Origin: Paraphysomonas bandaiensis | Lineage: Eukaryota > Protista > Chrysophyceae | Length of the DNA stretch: 64,000 bases | Assembly: GCA_965644295.1 (NCBI GenBank) | Contig: CBFFRP010000241.1 | Location: 140,972-204,971, forward strand | Direction: 5' to 3' | In this document: piece after piece, positions 59,957 to 64,000 of the stretch | Layout: every line of letters starts with the position of its first letter | Position numbering within the stretch: the stretch's first letter is position 1 | Program-made: the position numbers and the translations under genes | Notes under the pieces: generated by a model | What the model was told of the DNA's origin: nothing | What the model saw: only the letters and a program-made list of their open reading frames with translations | Database searches by the model: none

Positions 59957-62900
59957 GCACAATCACTGATAGCGGCTATGCGAGATTACAATGATACTTC
60001 CAGCAGATTTCGCAATGCTGTACATAGGCAAGGAATGATAATAAATAATTGTGGTGATAAGATTAATGTGGAAATGGTTTTATTTGATTCCGGATCATCT
60101 TCGGATAATTTTATTTCATCAAATTTTGTTAAGAAGTGTGGGGACAAATTGTTAAAAGATATGGTACATAAAAAGTTGAGGGTTAAAGTAGCAGACGGAC
60201 ATCAGATTGAACTTAAAGGATATATTCCTGTTACAATTGCTTTTGAAGATGAGGGTAAGACCTACAAAGCACAACTTTCACTGTATGTTTTGGACGGTTT
60301 GGCAAAGGATATTATTATAGGATTACCGGCAATCTGTGAGCATTTTTCCGAGTTATTTATGAACATGATTAAGAAAGCATCATTGAGTGCGGAGCAATCA
60401 GTTAATTTAAATGAGATAGAAATTCTTGCCAATATTGGTGAAGACATTGACGAACTTAGGAGATATATGTCGTCAGGACCAGTGTGTGATCCTTGGGAAA
60501 ATCCAATTCCAGAACAGTCAGAGGAAGATGATATGATTCCCGAACCATGTAGTTTTGGAAGTTTAGTGACATTTTTGGAACAGTCAGTGGATGAGGCTAG
60601 GGAGAAATATTTTAGTGAACTAGAATCAAAAGTACATCCTGATTTCGCTCAACAAACTGATATATTGAGAGTTTTGAGAGAGGATGCAGTTGACGTCTTT
60701 GTTCCTAGAGAGTGGACTGGAATTCAGCATGTTCCTGAGTTAAAATTAAAGGTGAAAAGTACTATTCCTGATAGAATTAAACCAAAGAATATGAGAAGGA
60801 TACCACCTATGTTATATGAACGTACTAAGGAGGAGTTCAATAGGATGTGTGGATACTTTTATCGTCCCAGTACGAGTCCTTATGCATCACCAATAGCAGT
60901 AGCACCCAAGGCTACGAAACCTTTTATTCGAATATGTGGTGATTACAGGCGTGTTAATTTAGAAATTGAAAGTCCGCATTATCCCATACCAGATGTTATA
61001 AAAGAATTACATAAAGCAGCTGGGTATAAGGTGTTCATTGATTTAGACATATGTAATGCTTTCCATGGTATTAGACTTCATGAATCAGTTTCAGCACTGT
61101 TGTCAGTTCAAACTCCATGGGGCCAGTTCGAACCAAAGTTTATGCCAGAGGGAGTTTCTCCGGCAAGTGGAGTTTTGATGCATGTAGTGTCTGATATTTT
61201 CAATGAATTCTCAGAGTGGATGGTAGTGATATTTGACAACTTACTGGTGTTAGCGTATGATTATCAGGATGCTATTGAGAAATTCAAGAAGGTCATTAAA
61301 AAATGTACTTATTATAATGTCGTGTTAAAATTGTCGAAAAGCAAATTTGGCTATTCATCAGTGGAATTTTTCGGCTATCTTTGCAAGGACAACACTTACC
61401 AATTAACTGAGGCCCGAAAATTATCAGTAACTGCAATTGAATTTCCAGAAGGGAAAAATAAGACGAAACAAATGCAGAGATTCCTGGGAGCGGCAATATA
61501 TTTTAAACCTTTTATTCCGTTATATAGTGACCTTACTCATAAGTTACATGACATGACGAAGAAGAATTTTGACTGGAATGAGAATTGTTGGAAAGTAAAT
61601 TACAGGGAGGAATTTAGTAGATTTAAAGAGGCGATTCTAAAATCTCTTACTCTGTATCATCCCGACTATTCTTTAAGATGGATCTTGATGACAGATGCTT
61701 CGTTTTATGCATGTGGAGGTGTGTTGTTACAAATTTTCATTGATGCCAATGGTCAAGAATTCTATCAAGTAATTGCAATGGTGTCGAAGAAATTTTCGGA
61801 ACCAACATTGAAGTGGTCCACTATTGACAAGGAGTGTTTTGGAATATTCTTTTGTGTATATGCCTTGTCGTATTATTTGAGAGGTAAAAAGTTCACGATC
61901 ATGACGGATCACGCCAATCTTAAATGGATGGAAGTTTCGGTTGTTGACAGAATAGTACGCATGCGGATGTTTATACAGAATTTCAATTTCGACTTGCTTC
62001 ACTTCAAGGGAAAATTAAATAGATTTGCTGATTGGTTATCTCGTAAGGATCAGGAATCGGCTGTGGCTCATGTTATGTTATTGTCTGTTTGTATGGAATG
62101 TTTTCCAGAAGAAAGTGTCGTATGTGGTGAAGTAGTCATGTTTGAAAATACGGACTTACTACCAGATGATCAGCTTATTGAGCTTAACCAAGTAGGGGAA
62201 TGGAGTTCAGAAACCGACGATGTAGCTTGTTATTCAGTGTTTCCAGCTGAGATACTTGCAGCTTTAGATGAACTACTAGCGGCTCAAGGTATTAAACCTA
62301 GTTCACCCAAAGAGGAGTTCGACTTAGTACACAATGGTCGGATAGGTCACCATGGAGTTAAACGAACATGGTTAAAGCTGAGTAAGGTATTTCCAGGTCA
62401 CAAGTTAACCACAGAGGTGATACAAGATTTCATAGATCGGTGTCCCATTTGTCAGAAGTTCAATGCGGGAATGAGCGCTTCCTTGCAGGCACCCATCAGA
62501 GCTTTAGACTCCGAGCATTGTAGACATTATGTAGGATTTGACACACTCTCTGTGTCTCCTCCTGACAAGAAAGGGCATTGTTGCATCCATGTTGTAAAGC
62601 AATTGCCATCGCGTTTGGTTGGTCTGTATCCAGCAACTGATTACACGGCAGTTGGAGTAGCGCGAGCGTTGTTTTCTTATTTCGTGACGGACGGAATATC
62701 GGAAGTGTTAATTTCAGACCCAGGTTCGAATATTACAGCAGAGGTTGTTCAGTTATTGTTAAAATGGTTTGGTGTGCGCTTCAGAATGTCTTTGACAGAT
62801 AGACATGAGTCCAACATGGTGGAGAGAACTCATAGAGAGACATTACGATTTCTAAGTGCTCTTGTACATGATGAAAGGTTGCAAGATTGCTGGGGAGAGC

Positions 62901-63583
62901 CGGAGTGCTATATGGTAATCCAGTTCATACTGAATGATGAAATAAGTAGCGAAACGGGATTGTCACCTTTTGAGTTTACATTTGGTACAATAGACAAACC
63001 TTATTTCAAATTGTCAGATGCTGTGTCAGATTCGGTTGATACTACGGAATATTTATCTCTTATAAATCAGAATTTGAGAACTATACGTGAGATTGCATGT
63101 GATGTCCAACGCAAGATCCAAGCAAAGAGAAAATCCAAAACACCTCCGGAGACCTTAACGGAATATCAACCCGGACAGCTTGTTTTATTCCAACCAAATT
63201 CTTCGAAATTTAAACCGTCAAAATTATATCCTAGATTTAAAGGTCCATACGAGGTTGTCTCTACGTACAAAGCAGATATCACCTGTACACATATTGTAAT
63301 GCGATTTGAGGTAGTCTTTCATATGTCTTGGCTTAAACCATTTTTTGGTACTCATGATGAGGCATTTCGCATTGCTTTAGTAGACTATAACCAGTATGAA
63401 GTGCGAAAGATTGTGGCATATCGGGGAGATCCTGAAAAGAGATCTACTATGGATTTTCTCGTATTATTTAGTGATGATTCACAAGTGTGGATTCCATACA
63501 ATTCCGATCTTGCAACCGCACGGCTTTTCAGCAGTATTGGTAAAGACAGTTCCTGCGTTGTTCTTACTTTTATTTTCTGCTAA
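59957..63583 (+). CDS. Ty3/Gypsy Pol: PR-RT-RNaseH-IN-chromo-like domain; frameshifted near the 3' end
   Basis: PR LFDSGS; RT SPYASPI, RICGDYRRVN, DLDICNAFH, MPEG, IFDN, VEFFG; RNase H TDAS, KEC, TDHANL, FADWLSR; IN H..GHHG..CPIC, SDPG, VERT, RFKGPY; chromo-like YEVRKIV..R..FLV.F....WIP. Confidence 0.93.
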   Translation, partial: AQSLIAAMRDYNDTSSRFRNAVHRQGMIINNCGDKINVEMVLFDSGSSSDNFISSNFVKKCGDKLLKDMVHKKLRVKVADGHQIELKGYIPVTIAFEDEGKTYKAQLSLYVLDGLAKDIIIGLPAICEHFSELFMNMIKKASLSAEQSVNLNEIEILANIGEDIDELRRYMSSGPVCDPWENPIPEQSEEDDMIPEPCSFGSLVTFLEQSVDEAREKYFSELESKVHPDFAQQTDILRVLREDAVDVFVPREWTGIQHVPELKLKVKSTIPDRIKPKNMRRIPPMLYERTKEEFNRMCGYFYRPSTSPYASPIAVAPKATKPFIRICGDYRRVNLEIESPHYPIPDVIKELHKAAGYKVFIDLDICNAFHGIRLHESVSALLSVQTPWGQFEPKFMPEGVSPASGVLMHVVSDIFNEFSEWMVVIFDNLLVLAYDYQDAIEKFKKVIKKCTYYNVVLKLSKSKFGYSSVEFFGYLCKDNTYQLTEARKLSVTAIEFPEGKNKTKQMQRFLGAAIYFKPFIPLYSDLTHKLHDMTKKNFDWNENCWKVNYREEFSRFKEAILKSLTLYHPDYSLRWILMTDASFYACGGVLLQIFIDANGQEFYQVIAMVSKKFSEPTLKWSTIDKECFGIFFCVYALSYYLRGKKFTIMTDHANLKWMEVSVVDRIVRMRMFIQNFNFDLLHFKGKLNRFADWLSRKDQESAVAHVMLLSVCMECFPEESVVCGEVVMFENTDLLPDDQLIELNQVGEWSSETDDVACYSVFPAEILAALDELLAAQGIKPSSPKEEFDLVHNGRIGHHGVKRTWLKLSKVFPGHKLTTEVIQDFIDRCPICQKFNAGMSASLQAPIRALDSEHCRHYVGFDTLSVSPPDKKGHCCIHVVKQLPSRLVGLYPATDYTAVGVARALFSYFVTDGISEVLISDPGSNITAEVVQLLLKWFGVRFRMSLTDRHESNMVERTHRETLRFLSALVHDERLQDCWGEPECYMVIQFILNDEISSETGLSPFEFTFGTIDKPYFKLSDAVSDSVDTTEYLSLINQNLRTIREIACDVQRKIQAKRKSKTPPETLTEYQPGQLVLFQPNSSKFKPSKLYPRFKGPYEVVSTYKADITCTHIVMRFEVVFHMSWLKPFFGTHDEAFRIALVDYNQYEVRKIVAYRGDPEKRSTMDFLVLFSDDSQVWIPYNSDLATARLFSSIGKDSSCVVLTFIFC

Positions 63584-64000
63584 GGAAGCTAAAGAACAAC
63601 GACCACGAATGCGGAAACAGCAGATTGATGGAGTTCAACCAGGCCGAGGGAAAAGGTATCAACCCAGCTACGAGCTGGAGCAGATTTTACGATGCACTAT
63701 CATTTACCGGATTGCTATGTCACAAATTATGGTATTATGCCGTTATAAACGATGGGCAGGCAAATCGCCGTCTACGCATCGATTTATACTGCCCACTCTT
63801 CGACACTCACCTATGAATGGAGTGCGTATGACGTTTACTGCTATGGACTATGCTTCGACTTCAATCCGTCTACTATGGTGCTTGTCGATGCGGAGTTTTG
63901 CAAGAGTTTTCCTGATATACTCTTGTAAACAGGTTTTATTCTTCTATTATATTATATGATAATATTTGCAATATTCTTTTATTTCTATTATAATACTACC

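Larger units (their letters stand above)
57790..64000 (+). mobile_element. Ty3/Gypsy (chromovirus-like) LTR retrotransposon, truncated by the window end; 5' boundary uncertain
   Basis: Gypsy domain order. Candidate LTR start TGTAACG at 57799, but no second LTR in the window to confirm it. Confidence 0.75.

Noticed and set aside
1-64000. CRISPR array, rRNA/tRNA genes or a prokaryotic operon
   Set aside because: No repeat-spacer array or recognisable RNA gene was seen. The sequence is intron-containing eukaryotic DNA.

Overview
Eukaryotic nuclear DNA with short GT-AG introns. PTGQ-repeat proteins, RRL/RQL propeptide motifs and ciliary genes suggest a flagellated stramenopile, possibly chrysophyte-like (inference). 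Host genes: (i) a 5'-incomplete, intronless >4,900-aa PTGQ-repeat / REJ / EGF / multi-TM polycystin-1-like protein; (ii) a hypothetical protein; (iii) RICTOR; (iv) a GT34-like glycosyltransferase; (v) a SHIPPO/STPG-repeat protein; (vi) a class I SAM methyltransferase; (vii) a SAMTOR/BMT2 homolog; (viii) MKS1. Mobile DNA: two young full-length Ty1/Copia elements with TSDs (one nested in a decayed hAT transposon), a rearranged non-autonomous Copia derivative, a second hAT remnant, a structured ~500-bp SINE-like family, and a Ty3/Gypsy element running off the right edge. The most unusual signals are: the Gypsy element (single in-frame UGA between gag and pol, RT motif IFDN instead of YxDD, CCCH finger in Gag); shared Copia features (Gag starting in the LTR and reading through the PBS, a covarying stem around the PPT, an extra conserved post-integrase domain, DSCAS protease, a TG..TA LTR); a ~105-bp element upstream of two unrelated genes in the same orientation; and a GPS-like motif whose HL/T site is replaced by a furin-type site. 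All homology calls come from motif recognition by eye, without database searches.
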